A stretch of 59,179 bases of DNA from Rhodospirillales bacterium. Its GTDB lineage: Bacteria > Pseudomonadota > Alphaproteobacteria > Rhodospirillales > UBA2165. Each line of letters opens with the position of its first letter. The stretch's first letter is position 1. Both the position numbers and the translations under genes were made by a program. The stretch lies in contig JABMOP010000605.1 of the NCBI GenBank assembly GCA_013204125.1, positions 1-59,179 of the forward strand, read 5' to 3'. Below, piece after piece: positions 43,986 to 51,744 of the stretch. Below the pieces are notes generated by a model that saw only the letters and a program-made list of their open reading frames with translations, was not told the DNA's origin and searched no databases.

Positions 43986-45188
43986 CTACATTTTCTGATC
44001 TAAATCACGGTCGAGTTCGGTATGATCGAGTTCAGGCACTATTCTACGCAAGGCATTTGTGATGTCTGATTTACGCCATACATCGTTACGTTTGATCTGA
44101 GATATTTCTTCTAAAAATGCAGCGATGGCTTGGCGATGGCCTGGCGACTCGATCACTCTTCCAACTGATGAAAAGCCTGAATAATCAATATCGTCCCCAA
44201 CCCGATAAAATTCTTCGAACTGCTTTTCTCCGGTCGTATCCGAGGGCGCAAAATGACAAGGCCATTTTCCCGACACTTTTCCCATAGCCGCTTTAGCTTC
44301 TTCGTCCGACCCGCAGACCAACGCTTCATAACCTTGAAATTGTAAGAAACGTCCGGCGATTTCCGACAAACTGGTTAATGCCGACATATCAAGTCGCGGG
44401 AAAAAAGCGGCGCGGTTTTCTCCCAGGAAGGCGGCAAGAAGGCACAATTGGCCTGCTTCATCGTGTGATATGAAATATCGCTTGATATCACTCGGCGCGG
44501 CGATGGGTTGATTTTTAGAAAAGCGATACTGAAACCCTTGCAATAAACTACCGTTGGAAAAAGCAACATTGGCAAATCTTGCTGTCGACGTATGAACTTT
44601 CTGGGCATGGGCAAACAAAGTTTGTTCCATGAGGTTTTTCGTTGCACCCATTAAATTCGTAGGTCGTACCACCTTGTCGGTGGATACTGAAAACGCTCGT
44701 TTGACATCCCATCGTTCCGCCAAATCCAAATATTGATGTAATGCGCGAACATTGATGTCGATCATGCGCATTAAACTAAAAGGATCGCGCTCTGACCGCA
44801 CATGCTTCATCGCTGCAAAATTAAGAAAGTAGTCGTGGGAGGCGTATTCCTCCAAAAGGCGGTAGAAACCTGTGCTGCCAAAATCAATGCTATAGGTGGC
44901 AAATTCCGGTAACTGGGAAATTTCGGTTGAACGAAGATCGCGAACCAACTCCACCATGGAATTCTCATTAATATCCACCAAGATGAGTTTCCGCGGATGG
45001 TATTGGGAAACGAGCTTCACAAAAGCTTGGCCAATCGAGCCGGCGGCGCCGATTATCAATAACTCGCGACCAGTTATCACATCCATTAATCTATCGTGAT
45101 TAGCAGCGATATCATCGGCAAAGATAGACTTCGTCCTACCGAGTACGGCTTCAGACAACAAATTAAGAGGGTTGCGGAGTATATTCAT
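43986..45188 (-). CDS. CapD/PglF-like NAD-dependent nucleotide-sugar 4,6-dehydratase (Polysacc_synt_2 type)
   Basis: LLIIGAAGSIGQAFVKLV, MGATKNLME. ATG 45188 is preferred over the GTG at 45245. Confidence 0.85.
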   Translation of the reverse strand: MNILRNPLNLLSEAVLGRTKSIFADDIAANHDRLMDVITGRELLIIGAAGSIGQAFVKLVSQYHPRKLILVDINENSMVELVRDLRSTEISQLPEFATYSIDFGSTGFYRLLEEYASHDYFLNFAAMKHVRSERDPFSLMRMIDINVRALHQYLDLAERWDVKRAFSVSTDKVVRPTNLMGATKNLMEQTLFAHAQKVHTSTARFANVAFSNGSLLQGFQYRFSKNQPIAAPSDIKRYFISHDEAGQLCLLAAFLGENRAAFFPRLDMSALTSLSEIAGRFLQFQGYEALVCGSDEEAKAAMGKVSGKWPCHFAPSDTTGEKQFEEFYRVGDDIDYSGFSSVGRVIESPGHRQAIAAFLEEISQIKRNDVWRKSDITNALRRIVPELDHTELDRDLDQKM

Positions 45189-45597
45189 GATTGATGATTC
45201 TAGGGGGCCGGACACGCTACCGCAGACCAGGTGAATCCGAATCACCCGGCTACGTTAATTTCAGCCAACTTTTGGCAATTGGGCGCAGGCGTTTCAGACC
45301 TGCATCAAAAATCGGCCCGTAATATTACCGTTCAAGTCGGAGGTGAAATTTAAAAAAAACATTACTGTTTTTGCCGCACATCATTCTATCTTCGGGCGTT
45401 TAGATTAACAGATCACCCGCTAAATGCCGTTATTTGTTGTTCATATTGTTTCAAATTTCTATCCGGTAGCAATATTTTGACCATGTGACTTGATGACAGT
45501 TCCAACGACCGCCAACCCGCTGACCAAAAAATTTAAAAGTTACTGCACTGCGTCATGACCAGTAGCAACAAGGTTCCAAATAACATCGTGCTCACGG

Positions 45598-45633
45598 CGT
45601 GAACGCTACATCGTTCACGATATGAACGTCAAG
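45598..45633. promoter_or_regulatory. 36-nt operator/promoter-like module, left copy (reads on the minus strand)
   Basis: The minus strand reads CTTGACGTTCATATCGTGAACGATGTAGCGTTCACG. It contains the palindrome CGTGAACG-N6-CGTTCACG and a third TGAAC half-site. 27/36 identical to the right copy. Confidence 0.45.
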
Positions 45634-45948
45634 TGTATTTTGGTAATTTGTGACCGTTGGAGGTTATGGCCAACAATCTTCTTTCGCTTTGGTAATTCTA
45701 GCGACGATCCTGCCAGAAGTAACACATGACGTAACGTATACAGATAAAAATAGATCGCACTATAGCACAGAACCCCACGCAACGCATTGATAAGGTTGGT
45801 TTTATGAAAAATTTTGGGTATTGTGGCGCTGCGTTCCTTGAAGGCAGATGACTTCAGTGCATGTCCGTCTCAATATTTAGCTGAAAGCAAGTGCTTGGAT
45901 AGCTAAATTTTTAGCAGGTGCTGCTCATATGAATTGACATCATATTTT

Positions 45949-45984
45949 CTTGACGTTCATAACATGAACAGAATAGTGTTCATC
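45949..45984. promoter_or_regulatory. 36-nt operator/promoter-like module, right copy, with a sigma70-like -35/-10
   Basis: CTTGACGTTCATAACATGAACAGAATAGTGTTCATC contains the palindrome ATGAACA-N6-TGTTCAT and GTTCAT-N3-ATGAAC. TTGACG (45950-45955) and TAGTGT (45974-45979) are 18 nt apart, about 60 nt upstream of the regulator gene. Confidence 0.45.
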
Positions 45985-46042
45985 TTGTGATCATTATGCA
46001 AGTTAATGTTTCCCATGTGGGCATTTTCGATAGGCTGATTTA

Positions 46043-46684
46043 GTGGCGAATTCGCGAAACAACGCTTCAGATACGGATGCAGAAACACTGCTCGGCGTTT
46101 TGAATGCTATTGAGAATAATAGCCGTGTAACGCAGAGAGCCGTGGCTAGTAATCTTGGGATCGCCGTTGGCTTGGCCAACGCCTATCTTAAACGATGCAT
46201 CAAGAAAGGTCTGATCAAAGTATTTCAAGCGCCGGCGAATCGGTACGCTTACTATTTGACGCCAAGTGGCTTTTCTGAGAAAAGTCGATTGACTGCACAA
46301 TATCTGTCAATTTCATTCAATTTCTACCGCGAAGCGCGGACGCAATGTTTGGAATTAATTCGAATAATCGATGAGAATAATTGGAACAGAGTGGCGCTTT
46401 ATGGGGCAAGCGATCTTGTCGAGATTATGACCCTGTGCGTTGCCGATACAAATGTTGAATTGCTCGGTGTCGTTGATAAAGAAATTGAATTAGATAGATT
46501 TTCCGGTCTGACTGTTTTCCAAAATATCGAAGAAATGGATCCCATTGATGCGGTGATCGTGACGGATATAAAAAATCCTCAGACCACTTTTGACGAAATT
46601 ATCAAAAAACTGCCGCGAGAACGAGTATTGGTTCCAAGATTTTTTAATATAACCCACCACCAACCAGTAACCAAAGAGCAATGA
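46043..46684 (+). CDS. winged-helix DNA-binding regulator with a C-terminal Rossmann-like domain
   Basis: The N-terminal RVTQRAVASNLGIAVGLANAYLKRCIKKGLIKV is HTH-like. The C-terminal RVALYGASDLVEIM...VELLGVVDKE...IDAVIVTD is a beta-alpha-beta pattern. GTG start. Confidence 0.6.
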   Translation: MANSRNNASDTDAETLLGVLNAIENNSRVTQRAVASNLGIAVGLANAYLKRCIKKGLIKVFQAPANRYAYYLTPSGFSEKSRLTAQYLSISFNFYREARTQCLELIRIIDENNWNRVALYGASDLVEIMTLCVADTNVELLGVVDKEIELDRFSGLTVFQNIEEMDPIDAVIVTDIKNPQTTFDEIIKKLPRERVLVPRFFNITHHQPVTKEQ

Positions 46685-46969
46685 AACCAACAAAAATTAG
46701 CGCTTTGGATACGGTATCGGAATTCTAGATATCGGGGTGGGGGAATAGAAGCATGATATTTCTAATTGAATTTCGAAGTACCGTTAAGTCTTGGTGGCAT
46801 TTAGGCCTCGCCTGATTGCCATCATGTGCCAAATCATCAAGCAACTCGGGTGAGATAATTCACCCGGAGTGCGGTAGCATAGCTAGACCCTTTTGCCGGA
46901 TGAACTAAAATAATGGTAAACGTCGACGTCTTCGATCTTTTTGAGCATAACGGTAATTGAATATGACCA

Positions 46970-47361
46970 ATGAACACTAACAATATAATTACCGTCGCCC
47001 TCATCGGCTGCGGTTGCATCGCCGATCGCCATGCTCGGGCTTTGGTCAGTGTCGGCGGCGGAGAGTTGGCCGCTGTAGGCAATGTCGCGCCTGACAAAGC
47101 GCAAGACTATGGCGATGAGTTAGGTGTCCTTTAATTGCCAACTATCGCGAAATGGTGGCCACTTTACCGGAAATAGATCCGGTCGCGGTGATCACACCAT
47201 CGGACATGACTGCCGAACTTGGTGCTGAATTCATCAAAATATATGGCGCCCATGTGATCATGGAATGTGTCAACAGAATTTACTGCGCAGACCCCGAGCG
47301 GAAGGAAAATTGGGATTTGAGTAATTTTGTTCCCTCTTCCGCCAGCAACGAACAAGCTTGA
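46970..47361 (+). pseudogene. Gfo/Idh/MocA-family oxidoreductase remnant (frameshifted and 3'-truncated)
   Basis: 46970-47134 encodes MNTNNIITVALIGCGCIADRHARALVSVGGGELAAVGNVAPDKAQDYGDELGVL then a stop. It continues in another frame (from ~47119) as PLIANYREMVATLPEIDPVAVITPSDMTAELGAEFIKIYGAHVIMEC. Only the NAD-binding N-terminal ~110 residues of a normally ~330-aa protein remain. Confidence 0.65.
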
Positions 47362-48392
47362 AAGCCCTGCGTTCATTTTGTTCGGTTTGCGTGATCACTT
47401 TTGTGGCGTTGATCGTGCAAGAATTTGCAGTTCGCTTTACCCTGCCTGACTTCAATCCGAATAACCAACTACGATTCAATCGGCCCGATGGATCCTTGCC
47501 GGTTTTGGGTCCCTTGGGCAGGCAATTCCAGCAGGTGAAGAATTCCGGTGATTACAATGTCTCGGTCACCTTTAATCGTTACGGCTTACGCGATTCCAAG
47601 GATGTAAAATTGGCGGTCGCTGAAGACATAATTTTAGTCGGCGATTCTTTCGCCTTTGGTTGGGGCGTCAAGGAGACCGAACGCGTATCTGAACAACTTG
47701 AACGGCAACTTGGGCGAAAAATTTTTAATGTTGCTACGCCCAGCGATGTTCCTGGTTACAAAAAATTGCTGGATTATGCGCGATCAATCGGCGCCAAGAC
47801 GCGCAACGTCGTATTACTCTTCAATATGTATGATGACATCTTGTACTACGACGCGCCGTCGGCTCCAGTCCGTCCTATCCCAACAAAAAAGGTTAAAACT
47901 TCACCCCGGTGGAGCTTTCAGTCCGTGAAGGAATTTTTACTCGCCAATTCGAGTCTCTATTTCCTATCAACCTCCGTAATAACCCAAAATAGTTGGCTCC
48001 GTCACCTCGCCCTCAAAGCTGGACTGATCGTCCCCTTGACGATTTTAAGTAAGCGGACCATTGATGAGCGCGCTATTGCGTCAACCGTCAAACATTTAAA
48101 AATGATAGCCCAAAGCTACAACACCCTAATATTGTTGATTCCCAACCGAGGCATTTGGATTGGCGACAATCAGGCCTACGAGCGACAGGTTCACAGCCGA
48201 TTCCTAACGGCCCTGCAAAAATCCGGAATTCCTTTCGTTGATATGCTTCCATTTCAAGAAAGAGATGGAAATCCAATGCGTTACCATTTTGTCAATGACG
48301 GACACTGGCGACCGCTGGGCCATAGTCTGGCGGCATCTATCCTGGCCGAGCGAATGAGCGCCATGAAGCCAAACGGGCGACTGGGTCAATAA
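47358..48392 (+). CDS. membrane-anchored SGNH/GDSL-type hydrolase/acyltransferase (MBOAT partner, AlgJ/X- or DltD-like role)
   Basis: N-terminal TM anchor, block I ILVGDSFAFGWG, block V FVNDGHWRPLGH. TTG start. 1-nt overlap with the downstream MBOAT gene. Confidence 0.6.
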   Translation: MKALRSFCSVCVITFVALIVQEFAVRFTLPDFNPNNQLRFNRPDGSLPVLGPLGRQFQQVKNSGDYNVSVTFNRYGLRDSKDVKLAVAEDIILVGDSFAFGWGVKETERVSEQLERQLGRKIFNVATPSDVPGYKKLLDYARSIGAKTRNVVLLFNMYDDILYYDAPSAPVRPIPTKKVKTSPRWSFQSVKEFLLANSSLYFLSTSVITQNSWLRHLALKAGLIVPLTILSKRTIDERAIASTVKHLKMIAQSYNTLILLIPNRGIWIGDNQAYERQVHSRFLTALQKSGIPFVDMLPFQERDGNPMRYHFVNDGHWRPLGHSLAASILAERMSAMKPNGRLGQ

Positions 48393-49912
48393 TGCTTTTC
48401 AGTTCGACGGTGTTTATCTTTGCCTTTTTGCCGGTCGCGGTAGGCGGCTATCTCCTCGTCGCTCGCTTTACCAATCAGGCGCCTGTTTTCGGCTGGTTGA
48501 TTATTTGCTCGCTGTTCTTTTACGCCTATTGGAACCCGCCCTATATTGCGCTCCTTCTTTTATCGATCATGGTAAATTATTTGGTCGGCATAGAGTTGAT
48601 AAAGAATCACTCCAAACGCACTTTGCTTTTCGGTGTCAGCTTCAATCTTGGTCTCATCGCCGTTTTCAAATATTTTGGGTTTTTCATTGGATCGATCAAT
48701 ACCGTTTTTTCAGCCTCCTTACCGGCGCCTACGATCATCTTGCCCCTAGCCATTTCGTTCTTCACCTTTCAGCAGATCGCCTATTTGGTCGATGTTTATA
48801 AGGGCGAGGTGGAGGATTCCAATCTCCTTCACTATATTCTTTTCGTCAGTTTTTTCCCGCAGCTGATTGCCGGACCCATTGTCCACCATAAGGAAATTGT
48901 ACCGCAATTGGCGGCGCGCGCGGCGCGGCACTTCGAGTTTTCGGATTTCCTCTCTGGCGCCGCCATATTCATCATCGGCCTGCAAAAGAAGATCGTCATC
49001 GCCGATGGCATTGGCGTCCATGCCGATACGTTATTTTCAAATCTGGCGGGCCAGGACCCGACTCTAGTCCAATCCTGGATTGGAACGCTGGCCTATACCT
49101 TTCAGATTTATTTTGATTTCTCCGGCTATTCCGATATGGCGATCGGTTTGGCCAAAATATTTGGCATCCGCCTACCGGAAAATTTCAACTCCCCTTATAA
49201 AGCGGTAAATATTATTGATTTCTGGCGGCAATGGCATATGACGCTATCGCGCTTCCTGAAGGAATACCTCTACATCCCACTCGGCGGCGGGCGCAAGGGC
49301 GGCGGGCGGCGCCATATTAACATATTGATCACCATGCTGCTTGGCGGATTGTGGCACGGGGCGGCATGGACGTTTGTTTTCTGGGGCGCCCTTCACGGAT
49401 TGTTTTTGACCGTCAATCATCTTTGGCGGGCGGGCCGAAAGGCGCTGGGTCATGATCTGGATCGCTCTTCTTTTGTTGGATGCATGACTTCGCGCGCGCT
49501 TACTTTGCTCGCGGTGATCGTCGCTTGGGTGTTTTTTCGAGCCGAAAGCTGGCCTGACGCCTTTGCGGTGTTACGTGGCATGGCCGGATTGAACGGTGTC
49601 CTGTTGCCTGCGACCTGGGCGGCTATATTTAGCGAGAATACGGGCTTGGCGGCAAATTTAGGCATTCAATTCGTCGAAATTTTGCCCTATCAAATCGAGA
49701 CCTTGATAAGCTTGGTGGTCCTGGGTGTCATCGTATTAGCGTTGCCCAATACCAGGGAGTTGATGGCTTCGCGCGGTGAGCTGAGACTCTATTTTGGAAT
49801 TCCCTTGAGACTCCCTATTACTCCCTTCATCGTGGTTTTTGGTATTGTCGGACTTTTGGTTGTCCTGGCTCGTGGGTCTCAAACTACCGATTTTATCTAT
49901 ATGGTTTTTTAA
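48392..49912 (+). CDS. MBOAT-family membrane-bound O-acyltransferase (AlgI/DltB-like), copy 2
   Basis: FWRQWHMTLSRFLKEYLYIPLGGGRKGG, GGLWHGAAWTFVFWGALHG. Polytopic, 506 aa. Confidence 0.9.
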   Translation: MLFSSTVFIFAFLPVAVGGYLLVARFTNQAPVFGWLIICSLFFYAYWNPPYIALLLLSIMVNYLVGIELIKNHSKRTLLFGVSFNLGLIAVFKYFGFFIGSINTVFSASLPAPTIILPLAISFFTFQQIAYLVDVYKGEVEDSNLLHYILFVSFFPQLIAGPIVHHKEIVPQLAARAARHFEFSDFLSGAAIFIIGLQKKIVIADGIGVHADTLFSNLAGQDPTLVQSWIGTLAYTFQIYFDFSGYSDMAIGLAKIFGIRLPENFNSPYKAVNIIDFWRQWHMTLSRFLKEYLYIPLGGGRKGGGRRHINILITMLLGGLWHGAAWTFVFWGALHGLFLTVNHLWRAGRKALGHDLDRSSFVGCMTSRALTLLAVIVAWVFFRAESWPDAFAVLRGMAGLNGVLLPATWAAIFSENTGLAANLGIQFVEILPYQIETLISLVVLGVIVLALPNTRELMASRGELRLYFGIPLRLPITPFIVVFGIVGLLVVLARGSQTTDFIYMVF

Positions 49913-49957
49913 TTAGCAATTTATAAATTCAATTTCAGCTATGAGTATCTAAATTCA

Positions 49958-51031
49958 GTGGCCATCTCCAATACTATCCTCAGCGATCCCTATGACATCC
50001 TGCGCTGTCCAGAATGCACAGGCGAAACTCTGTCGCCCAAAGGCGCTGACGCCCTGGTCTGCACAGCCTGCAAAACCGAATTTCCGCTAGTGGACGAGTT
50101 CGGCTCGGCCTCACTCTTGGCCAGTGCATCAAAATCCGCCATCAAAGAAGACATCCAAAAATGGTGGGGTGATCTCTATAAACAAGCCTATGAGGGTCAT
50201 GAGAACGGACTCGATAGAACGATGATGGCCGCACGTTTGATTGAGTTGGAAGATCTGTTCAAAAAACGTCAAATGCTGCCTGTCGTAGAAATGCCGTTGG
50301 CAGAACTGACCGGGAAGCGCGTTCTGGAGATCGGCGCCGGCGCCGGCGCCCATTCGGCCCTGTTCAAATTCCAAGGTGCGATCATGACCTCGGTTGATAT
50401 CACGCCTGAAAGGGTTTTGGCGACGGCACGCAAACTGGATTTAGTCGAGGCGGGGGCGGGCAACACCTATCAGGCCGACGCTGAAAACCTGCCCTTTCGA
50501 GATAACAGCTTCGACATCGTCTATTCCAACGGCGTGCTTCATCACTCGGAAAATACTGACCAATGCATCGATGAGGTCCACCGTGTCCTAAAGCCGGGTG
50601 GTAAGGCGGTGATCATGCTATATTCACGCCATTCGGCGATATTCTGGCTGAATATCCTGCCCCGAGCTCTGTTGACCGGCGAGATTTTCCACTGGCCCGA
50701 GGCCCAATGGATCGGCCGCCTGACCGAAGGAAAACCAAAATTCGGCGAGACCAAAAACCCCATCACGCGGGTTTATTCAGCCAACCAGATGCGCCATCTG
50801 TTCCGATTCTTCAAAATAGAGAGCTTGCGCAAAAATAGTTTTCAGTTTGATAACTTTTGCATTCCAAAATTAACTCAAATTCGAAATGCGGTCTTCCCGG
50901 CTTTCGGCAAAAAGGCTCATCCTGGTGGCTTAATGGTTTATGGCGCACCCTATGTGGCCGAGACTAGGTTGGAGCTATATCTAGGGCGCTATTTTGGGTT
51001 TGGCTGGAACATCGTGGCGGAAAAGAAATGA
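49958..51031 (+). CDS. SAM-dependent methyltransferase with an N-terminal Trm112-like zinc ribbon
   Basis: LRCPECTG...LVCTACKTEFPLVDEFG, then VLEIGAGAGAHS, DIVYSNGVLHH, LKPGGKAVIMLY. GTG start. Confidence 0.8.
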   Translation: MAISNTILSDPYDILRCPECTGETLSPKGADALVCTACKTEFPLVDEFGSASLLASASKSAIKEDIQKWWGDLYKQAYEGHENGLDRTMMAARLIELEDLFKKRQMLPVVEMPLAELTGKRVLEIGAGAGAHSALFKFQGAIMTSVDITPERVLATARKLDLVEAGAGNTYQADAENLPFRDNSFDIVYSNGVLHHSENTDQCIDEVHRVLKPGGKAVIMLYSRHSAIFWLNILPRALLTGEIFHWPEAQWIGRLTEGKPKFGETKNPITRVYSANQMRHLFRFFKIESLRKNSFQFDNFCIPKLTQIRNAVFPAFGKKAHPGGLMVYGAPYVAETRLELYLGRYFGFGWNIVAEKK

Positions 51032-51744
51032 GCAATTTAAATGATAAGACGGCGCTAGTGACTGGCGCTACGCGTGGCATCGGGTGGGCCATCGCAGAGC
51101 GCCTTCTAGGGGAAGGTGCAAAAGTTATTGCCACGGGGACCGCCGCCAATGGCCGGGCGCCAGAGGGCTGCACCTACCGGCCCGTGGATTTCATCGATGC
51201 TTTGGCAACTGAAAAATTTGCCGCCGAGATTTCGGCGGCCGGTATCGATATTCTGATCAATAATGCTGGTGTCAATAAAAACGCGCCCTTCACCGAAATC
51301 GATCCGATGGATTTCACCCGCATCCACCAGATCAACGTCATCGCTCCCTTTCTGCTCTGCCGGGCTGTGGTTCCGGCTATGAGGGAGAAAGGCTGGGGAA
51401 GAATCGTCAACATATCCTCGGTCTGGGGCAAGAAAGGCCGCGCGCATCGAGGCACGTATGCAACGACCAAGTTTGGCCTAGACGGCATGACAGCGGCCCT
51501 CGCCGCCGAAGTAGCAGCAGATGGCATTCTGGCCAATTGCGTGGCGCCGGGCATCATCGACACCGAACTTACGAGGCGCGTTCTGGGCGAGGACGGTATC
51601 GCCGAACTTATTGCTGAGGTGCCCATGGGCCGGCTCGGTACGCCCGAAGAAATTGCCGCCTTCGTGGTCTGGTTGGCGGGACCGGAAAACACCTATATCA
51701 GCGGCCAGAACCTCTCCGTCGACGGGGGCTTATCGCGTGTCTGA
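51028..51744 (+). CDS. SDR-family oxidoreductase (FabG-like)
   Basis: ALVTGATRGIGWAI, NNAG, catalytic YATTKFGLDGM. 238 aa. ATGA overlap with the upstream gene. Confidence 0.9.
   Translation: MSNLNDKTALVTGATRGIGWAIAERLLGEGAKVIATGTAANGRAPEGCTYRPVDFIDALATEKFAAEISAAGIDILINNAGVNKNAPFTEIDPMDFTRIHQINVIAPFLLCRAVVPAMREKGWGRIVNISSVWGKKGRAHRGTYATTKFGLDGMTAALAAEVAADGILANCVAPGIIDTELTRRVLGEDGIAELIAEVPMGRLGTPEEIAAFVVWLAGPENTYISGQNLSVDGGLSRV

Noticed and set aside
45462-45469. TCCGGTAG, resembling the ops/JUMPstart core GGCGGTAG of RfaH-dependent polysaccharide operons.
   Set aside because: It has two mismatches in an 8-mer. It is oriented toward the plus-strand genes but lies ~580 nt upstream of them, and no accompanying JUMPstart context is visible.
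45598-45984. Interpretation of the 36-nt inverted modules as terminal inverted repeats of a ~390-bp MITE.
   Set aside because: Conservation is highest at the inner ends (13/13) and decays toward the outer ends, the opposite of transposon termini. No flanking direct repeat is evident, and each module has internal dyad symmetry and a -35-like hexamer. This cannot be fully excluded without a genome-wide copy search.
46847-46866. Hairpin CGGGTGA-N6-TCACCCG downstream of the regulator gene as an intrinsic terminator. A similar CCGCAT-N8-ATGCGG hairpin lies near 27930-27950.
   Set aside because: Neither is followed by a U-tract on either strand and both stems are short. They are not callable as terminators from sequence alone.
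46837-47104. Two minus-strand ORFs (86 and 73 aa) in the gap after the regulator gene.
   Set aside because: They are antisense to the clearly recognisable Gfo/Idh/MocA N-terminal remnant on the plus strand, and there are no SD or motif features.
51174-51692. 172-aa minus-strand ORF and other alternate-frame ORFs over the SDR gene, including the 51521-51736 N-terminal extension of the DHQS-like ORF.
   Set aside because: The SDR frame carries the TGxxxGIG and YxxxK motifs. The extension of the DHQS ORF is an out-of-frame read-through of the SDR gene, and GTG 51737 gives a normal-length DHQS-family protein.
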